NCBI GenBank assembly: GCA_963797095.1
Contig: CAWCNY010000002.1
Coordinates: 960,001 to 1,024,000 of the forward strand
Source of the DNA: an uncultured Chloroflexia bacterium
GTDB taxonomy: Bacteria; Chloroflexota; Chloroflexia; QHBQ01; JADMIH01
Direction: 5' to 3'
Length of the DNA stretch: 64,000 bases
Shown: in pieces, positions 49,603 to 59,931 of the stretch
How the letters are laid out: each line of letters opens with the position of its first letter
Numbering within the stretch: the stretch's first letter is position 1
The notes under the pieces: model-generated
The model's input: the letters and a program-made list of their open reading frames with translations, nothing else
Database searches by the model: none
What the model was told of the DNA's origin: nothing
Position numbers and translations under genes: made by a program

Positions 49603-51189
49603 GTGGCCAACTCCAGCACACAACAGAAAACACCAGAACAGGCGGACGCGCCCCCGACCAGGTTCGCGGCCTGGTGGATGTCCACGCGCAAGCGACGCTC
49701 CGAGTGGCAAACTCTCATAGCCACGGGCACGGCCACGTTTACGGGCCAGCCGCGCAGGCACTTCGTCGCGGCGCAGCCGGGCGATCCGGTGCTCCTCTAT
49801 GTGTCCAAGCCCGACCATGCTATTCGTGCGGTCGGAGTGGTCCTTGGCCCGACCGATAACGGGCGGCCATCGAGCGAGGATGGGGACGATGCCGGTACCG
49901 CAACGCAAAACCCAAAATCGATCGATGTTCAGCTGGCCTTTGAGCTGCCCGGCCCACTGGCGTGGCGCGATATCCTCGAGGTGCCCGCTCTCGCGAGCGC
50001 GGAGCCGGTGCGGCAGCGAAGTAGTGGCACCCTCTTCGGTCTCACACAGGACGAATATAGGGCGTTACAGGCTTTGATGATCATCCGCAACCCCGAATTG
50101 GCCGGTGCGTTCGCCGCCGTAGACGCGGGCGATGTGCAGCACGACGATGGGGATAGGGAAGAAGATGACGAGTTTGCTGTTATGCCGGGCAGCCCCCCTG
50201 CGGGGGCCGGGGGAGGGAACGGCCTCACCCCTGGCGCACCTACCTGGCTCAGAGAAGAGATCGCCTCTTATGCTGCACCTGCCTTGCCCTATACACCATA
50301 CGGCGCTCTACCCACGATCCGGAACCCGGCCGATCTCGCGGCCCTGACGGGTCTGCCAATGGAGACCCTGGAGGAGGCACGCGACCTGCTGGAAGATACG
50401 GGCCAGATAATCCTGAGCGGGCCGCCCGGCACAGGCAAGACTTGGCTTGCTCGCGGGCTGGCGTCGCTGGTGGCTGCCGGCCACAGCAGGATACAGGTGG
50501 TGCAGTTTCACCCTTCCACAGCCTACGAGGATTTCATCGAGGGGTTGAAGCCTCGTGTGGACGCCCTCGGCCACATCACTTATGCGATCATGCCCGGTAT
50601 CTTCGTACGTATGTGCGAGGAGGCGAGGCGCGATACCGACCACCATTATGTGCTGCTCATTGACGAGATCAACCGCGCCCCGCTTTCCCGAGTATTTGGG
50701 GAATTGCTTTACGCCCTGGAATACAGGGGGCCATCGGGTGCGGTGGAGCTGGCTGCGTCCGCCGGGTCGGGACAGGGCGGCGCTCCATTCTATGTGCCGG
50801 AGAACCTGCTGATTATCGGTACGATGAACTCGGCAGATCGGAGTATAGCGCTGGTAGACTACGCTCTCAGGCGTCGCTTCCGGTTCATCGAGCTTGAGCC
50901 GAACACGGATATACTGGACGGCTGGCTTGCGGCGCATGGGACGCCCGAAGCGGCACGCAGCGTCCTCCTTGACCTGTTCGAGAGCGTCAATAGCCGGCTT
51001 TCCGAGCATCTCGACCCCGATCACCGGCTCGGACACAGCTACTTTATGCTTGATCCACTTGACGCGCATACGCTTGACCTCCTGTGGCGGAGTGCTATCC
51101 GCCCGTTGATATCTGAGTACTTTACGCCTCCTGCAGGCGAGCTTGATGAGTATGCATCGCTGTTCGCGGAGGCGCGCCAGCGGCTGTGA
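49603..51189 (+). CDS. mcrB: McrB-family AAA+ GTPase with an N-terminal EVE-like domain
   Basis: GPPGTGKT, QFHPS..YEDFIEG, IDEINR, GTMNSADRS, ALRRRF, GHSYF; N-terminal PGD.VLLY.S. Confidence 0.9.
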   Translation: MANSSTQQKTPEQADAPPTRFAAWWMSTRKRRSEWQTLIATGTATFTGQPRRHFVAAQPGDPVLLYVSKPDHAIRAVGVVLGPTDNGRPSSEDGDDAGTATQNPKSIDVQLAFELPGPLAWRDILEVPALASAEPVRQRSSGTLFGLTQDEYRALQALMIIRNPELAGAFAAVDAGDVQHDDGDREEDDEFAVMPGSPPAGAGGGNGLTPGAPTWLREEIASYAAPALPYTPYGALPTIRNPADLAALTGLPMETLEEARDLLEDTGQIILSGPPGTGKTWLARGLASLVAAGHSRIQVVQFHPSTAYEDFIEGLKPRVDALGHITYAIMPGIFVRMCEEARRDTDHHYVLLIDEINRAPLSRVFGELLYALEYRGPSGAVELAASAGSGQGGAPFYVPENLLIIGTMNSADRSIALVDYALRRRFRFIELEPNTDILDGWLAAHGTPEAARSVLLDLFESVNSRLSEHLDPDHRLGHSYFMLDPLDAHTLDLLWRSAIRPLISEYFTPPAGELDEYASLFAEARQRL

Positions 51190-51345
51190 GGGTTACTTCA
51201 GCGTCTCACCCCGGCTCCTTCCCCATGAACGGGGAGATGGGAGTTAGAAGTTAGTGGGGAAGAGTTGGGGGACACCCCCAGACCCCTGTCAGGGGACTTC
51301 GCCCCTTGCACCCTCTTCTCCGCTCTGGCAAAGAACACGGAGATT

Positions 51346-52620
51346 ATGAAGGTAACTGACAGTAGCTTCCCAAATGTTTCAGGCGAGAGGTTCTCTATCT
51401 CGCTGAGCGAGTATGGCTCGGTTGAGGTTGCGTTACCCATCGAGGTTTATAGCCTGCTGCGCTCGCGGTATTCGAAGCAAATAGAGGTAGCTCATACCGG
51501 GCGTGAGGGCGTCTACAGGGTCGCGGCCCGCGATTATGTTGGGCGGATCAGCCTGCCGGGCGGGATGCTGGTGATCAGGCCGAAGGTTAGCGTGGGCAAC
51601 CTGTTCTATATGCTGTGCGCCGATGCGGGTTTGGCCGACTTTCACCCTCCACCTATGGGCTTGCATGAGGACGACGAGATATTCCCGTTCATCCTGGCTG
51701 CGCTGCTTAACGCCATCGAGACGGCGGTGGCAAGTGGGCTGTATCGCGACTATAACAGGCGCGAGGACCGCATACCTTATGTGCGGGGCCGCATTCTGCT
51801 CGGCGAGCAGGTGCGGCATGGTTGGCTTCAGCACTTGCATACCTGCGCTTATGCCGATCATAGCTTCGACACACCTGAAAACAGGGTGCTGGCGGCTACC
51901 CTTCGCTTGCTTCCGGCTCTGCTCAGGAGGCGCGAAGCGGAGGATGGGTTGGCGGCGCGAGCACGAAGCCTGCTCCGGCATTTCGGTGAGGTGGCGGCGA
52001 TCCGGCGCGGAGAGGCGGTAGCTCTGCTGCCTCGGCTGCAAATACACCGGCTCAATGCGGCTTATGGGCCCGCTCTTGCCCTTTGCGGGCTGGCTTTGCG
52101 CGGCCTGACGCTGAACGAGCAAGCGGGGGCGCACCCCTACGCTTCCTTCCTGGTGCAGATGCCCAGGCTTTTCGAGAGTTTTCTGACCAAGCGGCTTGCA
52201 AGGCTGCTGCCGAGGTATGGGCTGCGAGTGGTCGCGCAACGGCACGATTATCTGGACGAAGCGCGGACGGTTGGGATCAGGCCCGATGTGCTTGTTTTCG
52301 CGCGTCGAGAGGCCGCTCCGAGGCTTGTGCTCGATGCCAAGTATCGCCGGTCGGAAGGCCCTGATGCCGACCCCAACCGCGACCTGTACCAGGTGAGCGC
52401 TTATCTCGACCGCTATGGATTGAGAGAGGGGGGGCTGGTGTACCCACGCTTCGAGGGTGAGGAGGGTGCGCGTATGAAGCTGCGCGGGACGCCCAAGCAC
52501 CTGCATATTTTGACCCTCGACCTGGGCGCGACCACACCTGCCTTGCTTGACGAGAAGTGCGCTTTGCTTGCACGGCAGGTGGCACAACTTTCCGGTGGGG
52601 TTGGGGCCTCTGATAGTTAG
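51346..52620 (+). CDS. mcrC: McrC-family PD-(D/E)xK endonuclease subunit
   Basis: YVG, RPKV, DTPENR, M..LFE.F, IRPD, LDAKY, DLYQV.AY. Confidence 0.88.
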   Translation: MKVTDSSFPNVSGERFSISLSEYGSVEVALPIEVYSLLRSRYSKQIEVAHTGREGVYRVAARDYVGRISLPGGMLVIRPKVSVGNLFYMLCADAGLADFHPPPMGLHEDDEIFPFILAALLNAIETAVASGLYRDYNRREDRIPYVRGRILLGEQVRHGWLQHLHTCAYADHSFDTPENRVLAATLRLLPALLRRREAEDGLAARARSLLRHFGEVAAIRRGEAVALLPRLQIHRLNAAYGPALALCGLALRGLTLNEQAGAHPYASFLVQMPRLFESFLTKRLARLLPRYGLRVVAQRHDYLDEARTVGIRPDVLVFARREAAPRLVLDAKYRRSEGPDADPNRDLYQVSAYLDRYGLREGGLVYPRFEGEEGARMKLRGTPKHLHILTLDLGATTPALLDEKCALLARQVAQLSGGVGASDS

Positions 52621-52725
52621 GCTGGCGCTTCGCTTTGCTTCCTGAGGTGGTTTGTCAGATGTTGTAGGCCAAATGGGTGATTGTTGCATCTTCTTCCGCC
52701 TTTCTTCGGGCAGGTTTGCGATTTT

Positions 52726-52808
52726 GGGTTGGACTTGCCCTCATTAACTTAATGTCATAAGTCGGACAAAACGGGACAGGTTTTGGGGTGTACTTAAGTA
52801 CAGTTTTT
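52726..52808 (-). repeat. 83-bp conserved non-coding element (second, inverted copy)
   Basis: 69/83 identical to 37298-37380. Confidence 0.85.
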
Positions 52809-53148
52809 AGTAGGTCGGAGTATTGTGCGCGGAGGGTATAAGGTGGGGTTACAGGGCTAATGCAAAGTCAGATAAGGCGGTGGGAAAGGCCGCCCATCCA
52901 GGCCTTGTCATTCTGAACGAAGTGAAGAATGACATAACCAAACCTGGTGTGTCCGATACCGACTTTGCATCAGCCGTACATGAGCCTGTGGCACACCCCC
53001 AAGGATGAAAATTGGCCAAGCGCCTGGTGCAGTTGTTGGTTACAGCGCCTACTTTCAGGTCAGCCCTGGGTGGGGTTAAGAGTGATGCGTGTTGTGGGTG
53101 GGGCGGATGCTATAATTGTTTTTACGATTGCAACCCTTACCTCCTTCG

Positions 53149-55383
53149 ATGGTTAATTACACTGTGAGCACGCACACTACGACGCATCCCCAGACACAAG
53201 AGATCGAGCCTGCACGTCGCGAGGGCATCGCGAGGGTGCAACTGCGGTCAATCGCCTTGCAGCCGTGGCTGTGGGTGGGCGGGTTGACCTTGCTTGCTTT
53301 TGCGTTGCGGCGATTTCACCTGGGCGCGGAGTCGCTATGGTTCGATGAGGCGGATATCGTGGCGCAGGCCCGCCAGCCGCTTGGCAACTTGCTCGATGGA
53401 TTCGCCAGAGCGGGCGAGAACGGCCCTCTCTACACGCTGATGCTTCATTTCTGGATGGCACTCTATGATGGCGTGCCGGGGGTTGCGCGCGCTATGCACC
53501 TCCTGTTCGGGTCGAGCTACGAAGCGCCGATACGCGGCCTCTCGATGCTGTTCGGGACGGCGGGCATACCGGCGATGTACGCGCTGGCACGCAAGATAGG
53601 CGGTACTGCTCTGGGCTTGATTTCGGCGGCGTTGCTGGCTATCAACCCGTTCGACCTGTGGTACTCACAGGACGCCAAGATGTACACCTTGCTTGTGCTG
53701 ATGACCCTGCTCACCACATGGCTCGTTATGCTGGCTGTCGAGCGCAATACAGTGGGATTGTGGGTAGCGTATGTGGTCGCCACATGGGTGATGCTCACGT
53801 CGCACAGCCTGTCGGGTCTGGTGCTGCTGGCCCAGGTGGCCGCGCTGCCGTTCCTGTTGCGGGCGCGCAGATGGCAAGTGGCGTCGAGGTCCACCAATGA
53901 GGCAGACGGGCAACCCGGGAAGCGTAACCCGAACTGGATATGGGCGTTCTTGCTTATCGTGCTGCCGGTGCTGCCTATCGTGTGGCTGCGGGCCGCCGCC
54001 GTGCTGACGGGCACGGTCGATTCGGGCAACTGGTATACAAGCACCACTCTCCCGGATATACTGCTCACCATTTTCGTGAAGTTCGCGGTAAACCAGGCGG
54101 TGCCCTGGGAGATCGCGGACGGTCTTTCGCTCTCGTGGGAGGGGGTTGGAGCGCTTGCCATGGGCGTACTCGCGGTGACAGGGGTGGTGGCGCTTGTCAG
54201 GCGGCCCCGTATCGTTGTGCGCCGACCTGCAACTGCAAGCTCAGGTGAAACGATACAGGAAGACCGGGTGTTGCACAACAGGTACCAGTATCATGCTCGA
54301 TCCGCGATTGTGCTTGCGCTGTGGTTGGTGCCCGTGCTGGTGTTCTGGGTGCTTACGCTGGCTCTGCCGTTGTTTCACCCTCGCTATCTGATTATGGCGC
54401 TGCTGGCATATCTGATCATGGCGTCAGCCGGGATCGTGGCGTTCAGACGGATAAACATGCTTGGACTGGTGGTGCTGCTGGGTCTATTGGCGGTTTCGAC
54501 GGGGGCCGCTCTTGCCAGTATCAATTACTCGGCGCAGCCGCAGAAGGAGGATTGGCGGGGGGCTATGCAGTACGTGCAGGACCACCTGCGGCTGCGCGAC
54601 GTGATCGTGCCGTTCCCCGGCTATCTGCAAACGGCGGTGAACCTCTACTACAAACCCGGAGGGACGGCACTGGTCCCGGACCGCCCGGTAAGCACGGTCA
54701 AGAGCCTGGGCACCGAGAACTACGGCACCCGCGAGATGGAGGAGGATTTACGCAGCATAGCGCAGTGCAACGAGCGGGCGTGGCTGGTGGTGTCGCCTGT
54801 GAGAGCGGATGGGGAAGACCCTGAGCAGAAGGTGCTACAGTGGTTCCAGTACAACTTCATGACATTTGATACGCAGGTGTTCAATGGGGTAACAGTGTAC
54901 GGGATCGCGTTCAACAGCGTATACGATTGCTGGTCGCCGAACCCTGATTACAGCGAGCCTCATCAATTTGAGAACGGGCTGAGGTTCCTGGGCTATATTT
55001 ACGAACTGCGCGACCAGAGCCAGCAGCCTGTGCAGCCTGACGCGTCGTATTTGCCTCTCACGTTGTTCTGGCGCACCGACAAGCAACTGACAGGGGACTA
55101 CGAGTTTCGCATCCAGGTGATCTCGCCATCGGGCGAGGTAGTGAAAGACGAGGCGCTTGGGCTGGAGAACGGGTACTTCCCCGCGACGCAGCTACACCCG
55201 GACGTGACGGTGATGGACTACCGGGATATTCGTCTACCGGGGGGGCTTATGCCGGGGGATTACCGGGTGACGGTGCAGGTATATCCGAGGGGAGAGCCGG
55301 ACAGCCCGCTCAAGCTGGTGGGTGAGGATGGGAATACGATCACATTGGGGCAGACGGTGAAGGTAGTGCCGTGGCAGCCTTGA
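53149..55383 (+). CDS. GT39/PMT-like polytopic glycosyltransferase
   Basis: ESLWFDE, PLY...L..W, YSQDAKMY, PRY, EDWR; extracellular C-terminal domain. Confidence 0.85.
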   Translation: MVNYTVSTHTTTHPQTQEIEPARREGIARVQLRSIALQPWLWVGGLTLLAFALRRFHLGAESLWFDEADIVAQARQPLGNLLDGFARAGENGPLYTLMLHFWMALYDGVPGVARAMHLLFGSSYEAPIRGLSMLFGTAGIPAMYALARKIGGTALGLISAALLAINPFDLWYSQDAKMYTLLVLMTLLTTWLVMLAVERNTVGLWVAYVVATWVMLTSHSLSGLVLLAQVAALPFLLRARRWQVASRSTNEADGQPGKRNPNWIWAFLLIVLPVLPIVWLRAAAVLTGTVDSGNWYTSTTLPDILLTIFVKFAVNQAVPWEIADGLSLSWEGVGALAMGVLAVTGVVALVRRPRIVVRRPATASSGETIQEDRVLHNRYQYHARSAIVLALWLVPVLVFWVLTLALPLFHPRYLIMALLAYLIMASAGIVAFRRINMLGLVVLLGLLAVSTGAALASINYSAQPQKEDWRGAMQYVQDHLRLRDVIVPFPGYLQTAVNLYYKPGGTALVPDRPVSTVKSLGTENYGTREMEEDLRSIAQCNERAWLVVSPVRADGEDPEQKVLQWFQYNFMTFDTQVFNGVTVYGIAFNSVYDCWSPNPDYSEPHQFENGLRFLGYIYELRDQSQQPVQPDASYLPLTLFWRTDKQLTGDYEFRIQVISPSGEVVKDEALGLENGYFPATQLHPDVTVMDYRDIRLPGGLMPGDYRVTVQVYPRGEPDSPLKLVGEDGNTITLGQTVKVVPWQP

Positions 55384-55384
55384 T

Positions 55385-57106
55385 TTACTCGATCCACCAG
55401 ACGTTGACGTTCCACAGGTAGCGGGGCGAAGAGAAATCTATATCTCCGTGCAGGGATGGTGCTGCTACCACGCCGAATTTCTGCGCCCACAGGAAATAAT
55501 AGGGAAGCTGGTCGGCTACGATAGCCTGCATGCGGTCGTACATACTCTTGCGCTGGTTGAAATCGTAGGTGGCACGGGCGCTGAAGGCAAGGGCGTCGTA
55601 TTCGGGAGCCTGGAAGCCGGGGATATTGAGGAGGGCGGGGGCGACCACGGTGGGTATCTGGGTGGAGTGGAAAAGAGCGAACAAGTCGGGGTCGAAGCCT
55701 GTGCGGGTCCAGCCGAGCATCACCAGGTCGAAGTTGAAAGGCGGGTTGGTGGTGGGGCTGATGCGGGCCAGGATGGATGTCTGGAAGTCGGCGGGCTGGA
55801 CGGTGAGGCTGATGCCCACCTGTGCTAGAGGGTCTACCATTTCCTGCGCGGCCTTGAGGCGCACGTCGCTGTCGTTACGCACATAGAGGGAGACGGCGAG
55901 CGGTTTGCCATCTCTATCGACCACGCCATCGCCGTTGGTGTCGGACCAACCGGCATCCGCCAGCAATTTGCGAGCCTGGTCGGGGTTGCCGTTTAGTTGA
56001 GGAGCATCGGGGTTGTAGGCCCAGGAGGCTTTGTTGACATCGGTCCAGACCGGGTCGTCGGCCCCACCTGTGGCATCGAAGACGAGCTTTTGCTTGTCGA
56101 GAGCGAGTGCGAACGCCTGGCGTAAGCGGGTGTCGCTGAAAACATGGGTTTCGCGCAGGTTAAATGCTATGAAGTCGTAACCCAACTCGTTGTACGACCC
56201 GCCTTTGATGCCCTTGCCCTCGCCGACCAGACGTTCGGCGGAGGCGGGAGATAGCTGAGCCAGCTGTAGAGTGTTGTTGCGGATGGCATCTTCGGCGATG
56301 CCATTATCGGGTGCCACAACGAACACCACGCGCTCGATCAGCGGGCCGCCGCCATAGTAGTGTTCGTTGGCCGCGAGAGAGATAGATTGGCCCTGCCTGC
56401 GCTCATCAAGTTTGAATGGCCCTGTTCCCACCGGTTTATCATTGAAGGGGCTGGTAGCGAGGTCGGTGGGAGTTGTGCCCGATAGTATGTGGCTTGGCAG
56501 TACGGGGAGGGCCATATCGGCCAGGATGGGGGAATATGGGCCTTTGAGCGTGAATCGGACGGTGGAGGTAACCGGGTCTATGGCCTCTACTTTCTGCACC
56601 CACTCCTGAAGGTGGACCATAGCCGTGTTCTGGGCAGGCACCTGTCTGAGTGTATCGTACGACCAGATCACGTCCTGGGCGGTGAAAGGAGCGCCGTCCT
56701 GCCATGTAACATCCCGGCGAAGATGGAAGGTGAGGGTGGTGCCATCGGGGCCGGCCTCCCAGCGTTCGGCGAGGTCGGGTTGGGGCTGGAGGTGGTTATC
56801 TATTTTGGTCAGGCCGGAGAAGATCAGGCCCATGACCTCCTGGGCGTTCTCGTCATAGCCCACGAACCAGGGGTTGAGGGACCAATAGGTGCCATCGGAG
56901 CGTGCGTCGTTAGCCAGCCGGATATTGAGGGTGCCTGAGCGCGGCTTGTCGGGGACGGTTGGTGTGGGGGGTGGGGGAGGTGCGGGGGTGGGCTGAGGGG
57001 TGGGATTTATGTCGCACCCTGCCAGGGACGGCAGCAAGGCGACGAGAGCCAACAGAAGTGGAAGAAAATGCGGCACGCTCAGCGCGCGCCGGGCGTTGTG
57101 TGGCAT
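55385..57106 (-). CDS. Peptide/oligosaccharide ABC transporter substrate-binding lipoprotein (family 5)
   Basis: Lipobox LAGC; PDLAERWE, F.LR.DV.W.DG.PFTA.DV, PVGTGPF. Confidence 0.9.
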   Translation of the reverse strand: MPHNARRALSVPHFLPLLLALVALLPSLAGCDINPTPQPTPAPPPPPTPTVPDKPRSGTLNIRLANDARSDGTYWSLNPWFVGYDENAQEVMGLIFSGLTKIDNHLQPQPDLAERWEAGPDGTTLTFHLRRDVTWQDGAPFTAQDVIWSYDTLRQVPAQNTAMVHLQEWVQKVEAIDPVTSTVRFTLKGPYSPILADMALPVLPSHILSGTTPTDLATSPFNDKPVGTGPFKLDERRQGQSISLAANEHYYGGGPLIERVVFVVAPDNGIAEDAIRNNTLQLAQLSPASAERLVGEGKGIKGGSYNELGYDFIAFNLRETHVFSDTRLRQAFALALDKQKLVFDATGGADDPVWTDVNKASWAYNPDAPQLNGNPDQARKLLADAGWSDTNGDGVVDRDGKPLAVSLYVRNDSDVRLKAAQEMVDPLAQVGISLTVQPADFQTSILARISPTTNPPFNFDLVMLGWTRTGFDPDLFALFHSTQIPTVVAPALLNIPGFQAPEYDALAFSARATYDFNQRKSMYDRMQAIVADQLPYYFLWAQKFGVVAAPSLHGDIDFSSPRYLWNVNVWWIE

Positions 57107-57431
57107 ACCGTATTATACAGTACGGGCAGATTTGGGTAGATGGTAAAAGGGACTTGAGGCGGATCCAGCCTCTTAATCCCATCGTTTGGCACGCTCAAAT
57201 GTACGCCTGACATGCATTTTGTTAGTACCAATGTCTCGTAAACAATAACCCTTATATAACACCAATGAGCATTGTTGCAAAGAATAGCCATATGCTACAA
57301 TTTCCGTACTCTTACTAGATATAGTATCTCTTTGTGCTATCCACTTAGTAGGGACGGCTCCAGCGTGGGCGTTGGATGAGGCTCTTATTGAGTTTGAAGC
57401 AAGAAAGGGATCGCAAGCGAGCGTAGGCCCG

Positions 57432-59858
57432 ATGGCGAACGAAAGTGACCGCCTGGCGCACATTTTCATATGGAAGCAGACTGGCGCACACGACATAGAG
57501 TACGCGCGCCACGTGCTGAGTGTAGTTAATCCTAACGCACTACGAGTCCTCGATGAGGACGATCCGCCCCTGCGCTTTTTCACGCTCTACGGCCAGTGGC
57601 CTGAAGATCCGTGGGCGTATGCCCTGTACGATATGCGCTCAACCCCCAATCCGGAAGGCAACGAGTGGACCGATATTACCAAGTACGATCTTGCGGGGTG
57701 GCAGGGCACCGATCAGCGCACAGGGGAGCATCTTTTCATAGTTACCGCATATAGAAAGGCTAACGGGGCGACCGAGGCGTTCCAGGTAGCACCTATGCCC
57801 GCTCCGTCGCACTCCGCGACTCCGCCCGTGCCGCAAGTCCCCTATTATCCCCAGCACCCCACAGGCCCGCTCCAGTGGCCGCCAGGCGATACGGCATCGT
57901 CGATGGCTATGCCTTTTCAGGCCCAGGGCGCAGGAACGGAAGAAGTACAAGGGGAGAGAGGAGCGCGGCCTGCGCAAGCGGTCGAGCAGCCGCCTGAGGC
58001 GGCGCAACAAGAATCGGGGCAGGCGGGACGAGCCAGCGCTGGGCGGACAGGCCAGCCCGGAGGGAGTGCATATCCCCCGATTTACACCAGAGCGCTGGGC
58101 GGGCAGGTTCCGGCAGTGACGGGGGGCGACCTGCTGCCGGATAGCTACGCACCTTACTATGCGGGCTTCGCGCCGAGGTTGCTGGCTGGGCTGATCGATT
58201 TCTTTTTCGCGGGGCTGCTGGTAATTGCGGGCGTTTACATCGTGCTTGTTGTAAGGGGGAATGTAACTATCACCGATTTCGGGTCGTGGGTGGCCGCATA
58301 TGGCCCGCCCGCCGCTACTGCACTCATCATATTCGCGCTCTACCATATTGTGCAGTGGGCAATATGGGGGCGCACGCTTGGCAAGTACCTGATGGGGATA
58401 AAGGTGGTCGCGGCCAACGGAGATAAACCTGGCCTGAGTAGATCGCTGGTCAGGATGTTGGGCTACTTCTTCTCTTTCTTCGGGGGCTTCCTGATGATAG
58501 CCTTCGACCCGCGCAGGCAAGGTTTGCACGATAAGCTGGCCGAAACCTATGTGGTACCGGATACACCCGGCGCTGCGGTGCCGAGAGGACTGCCCGGCTA
58601 CGCTACTCCTGTGGCGGGTATTGGATTGCCGCCCAGGCAGCAAGGGCAACTACCGAGGCAGGCAGTGGCGGCGGCAACGGTAGCTGGGAGCCAGGCATAC
58701 GAGTTTGTAGAGATCGCGCCGGGCGCTTTTGAAACGGCGAGCACAGGTACGCTCAGCGATTTTCGCGGGCTGTACGGGGACGATAGGGGGCTTCAGACGG
58801 TGATGATGCTGCCCGATATCCCCGATGACACGTCTGTTGTGCGCCCAACGATCCCATTCGACACAGAGTCGGCCTTGTCGGGTCAGTTGGAGGGCGTGCC
58901 CGATACAACCTCCTCATTGACAGGTTCACTGGCAGGCCCACAGAGGCGCAGGCAGGGCGGCTACATGGTCGATAGGGCACGTGAGCTATACCGCCAGGGG
59001 ATCGAGCACCTGTCGAGCGGTGTGCAGCCGAGCGCTCGCGGCTACAAGATCGAGTCGGGCGCGGCGCGCTTGGCGGCGCTTGCGTTCAAGGGGGCTGTGG
59101 AACTTGTGCCCACCTCGGTGCTCTACAGGTATTTCTATGGTGTTGCGCTGCGATATTCGGAGGGTTTTGAGCTGGCGATTGGCGAGTTCAGGCGGGTGCT
59201 GGAACTGGACCCGAACTACTACGAAGCCCGGCAGCAGGTGGCCTACGGCCCAAGATGGCACGATGCGTTCGCTTATACGCCCTGGGAATCGCCTACAGGT
59301 GTTGATGTGGGGAGCGAGTTGCCGGGGTCTTTGCTGGCGCTGCTGCCACCGGGCAACGACCCGGTGACACGATTGGCGTTGTTGCGCGACGGCGTCGCGA
59401 AAGTGGTGTCGATACTTACCAGGACGCCGCGCTCTACCTGGGCCAAGCCTCTCACACCTGAATTGCCTGCGCATATCGACATGATGCTGTCGCGCACCCC
59501 GCATGGCCCGATCATCGCGTTCTACTTGATAGTGGAAGATAGGGCGGACGACCCGTACAAGGGTGAGACGTTCTTGAACCCCCACGATCCGGGCTATCCA
59601 ACTTATGATGCCTGCCAGTTGGGGCAGAACTTGGTGTCGCAACTGTCAAGGCAGGACCACACTTACTTGATCTTTGTGGACGAAAACAATAAACTGCTGA
59701 TGTCTCGCAAGCTGGAGTTCGACCCACAAACGCAGGTGAAGATCAATCACTGCATCTACGAAATTCAAACTCTGCCTGCCCAGGCAATGGACGCTCCTCG
59801 CTTCCAACTGGCTGCTCAATGGCACATGCAGAATATCCCGTTGGATCAGATCAAGTAG
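57432..59858 (+). CDS. RDD-family membrane protein with Pro-rich linker, TPR and uncharacterised terminal domains
   Basis: AGF..RLLA.LID, G.TLGK...GIKVV, RQGLHDKLA.T.VV; TPR (LELDPNY.EA); start uncertain. Confidence 0.8.
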   Translation: MANESDRLAHIFIWKQTGAHDIEYARHVLSVVNPNALRVLDEDDPPLRFFTLYGQWPEDPWAYALYDMRSTPNPEGNEWTDITKYDLAGWQGTDQRTGEHLFIVTAYRKANGATEAFQVAPMPAPSHSATPPVPQVPYYPQHPTGPLQWPPGDTASSMAMPFQAQGAGTEEVQGERGARPAQAVEQPPEAAQQESGQAGRASAGRTGQPGGSAYPPIYTRALGGQVPAVTGGDLLPDSYAPYYAGFAPRLLAGLIDFFFAGLLVIAGVYIVLVVRGNVTITDFGSWVAAYGPPAATALIIFALYHIVQWAIWGRTLGKYLMGIKVVAANGDKPGLSRSLVRMLGYFFSFFGGFLMIAFDPRRQGLHDKLAETYVVPDTPGAAVPRGLPGYATPVAGIGLPPRQQGQLPRQAVAAATVAGSQAYEFVEIAPGAFETASTGTLSDFRGLYGDDRGLQTVMMLPDIPDDTSVVRPTIPFDTESALSGQLEGVPDTTSSLTGSLAGPQRRRQGGYMVDRARELYRQGIEHLSSGVQPSARGYKIESGAARLAALAFKGAVELVPTSVLYRYFYGVALRYSEGFELAIGEFRRVLELDPNYYEARQQVAYGPRWHDAFAYTPWESPTGVDVGSELPGSLLALLPPGNDPVTRLALLRDGVAKVVSILTRTPRSTWAKPLTPELPAHIDMMLSRTPHGPIIAFYLIVEDRADDPYKGETFLNPHDPGYPTYDACQLGQNLVSQLSRQDHTYLIFVDENNKLLMSRKLEFDPQTQVKINHCIYEIQTLPAQAMDAPRFQLAAQWHMQNIPLDQIK

Positions 59859-59931
59859 TACCGAGTACCGAGTACCGAGTACCGAGTTGTCGGTAGACGG
59901 CACTCAGTACTCGGCACTCGGTACTATCTCT

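Noticed and set aside
37000-51000. oriC called from the skew reversal
   Set aside because: No dnaA/dnaN and no cluster of TTATCCACA boxes seen; kept only as an alternative explanation for the skew.
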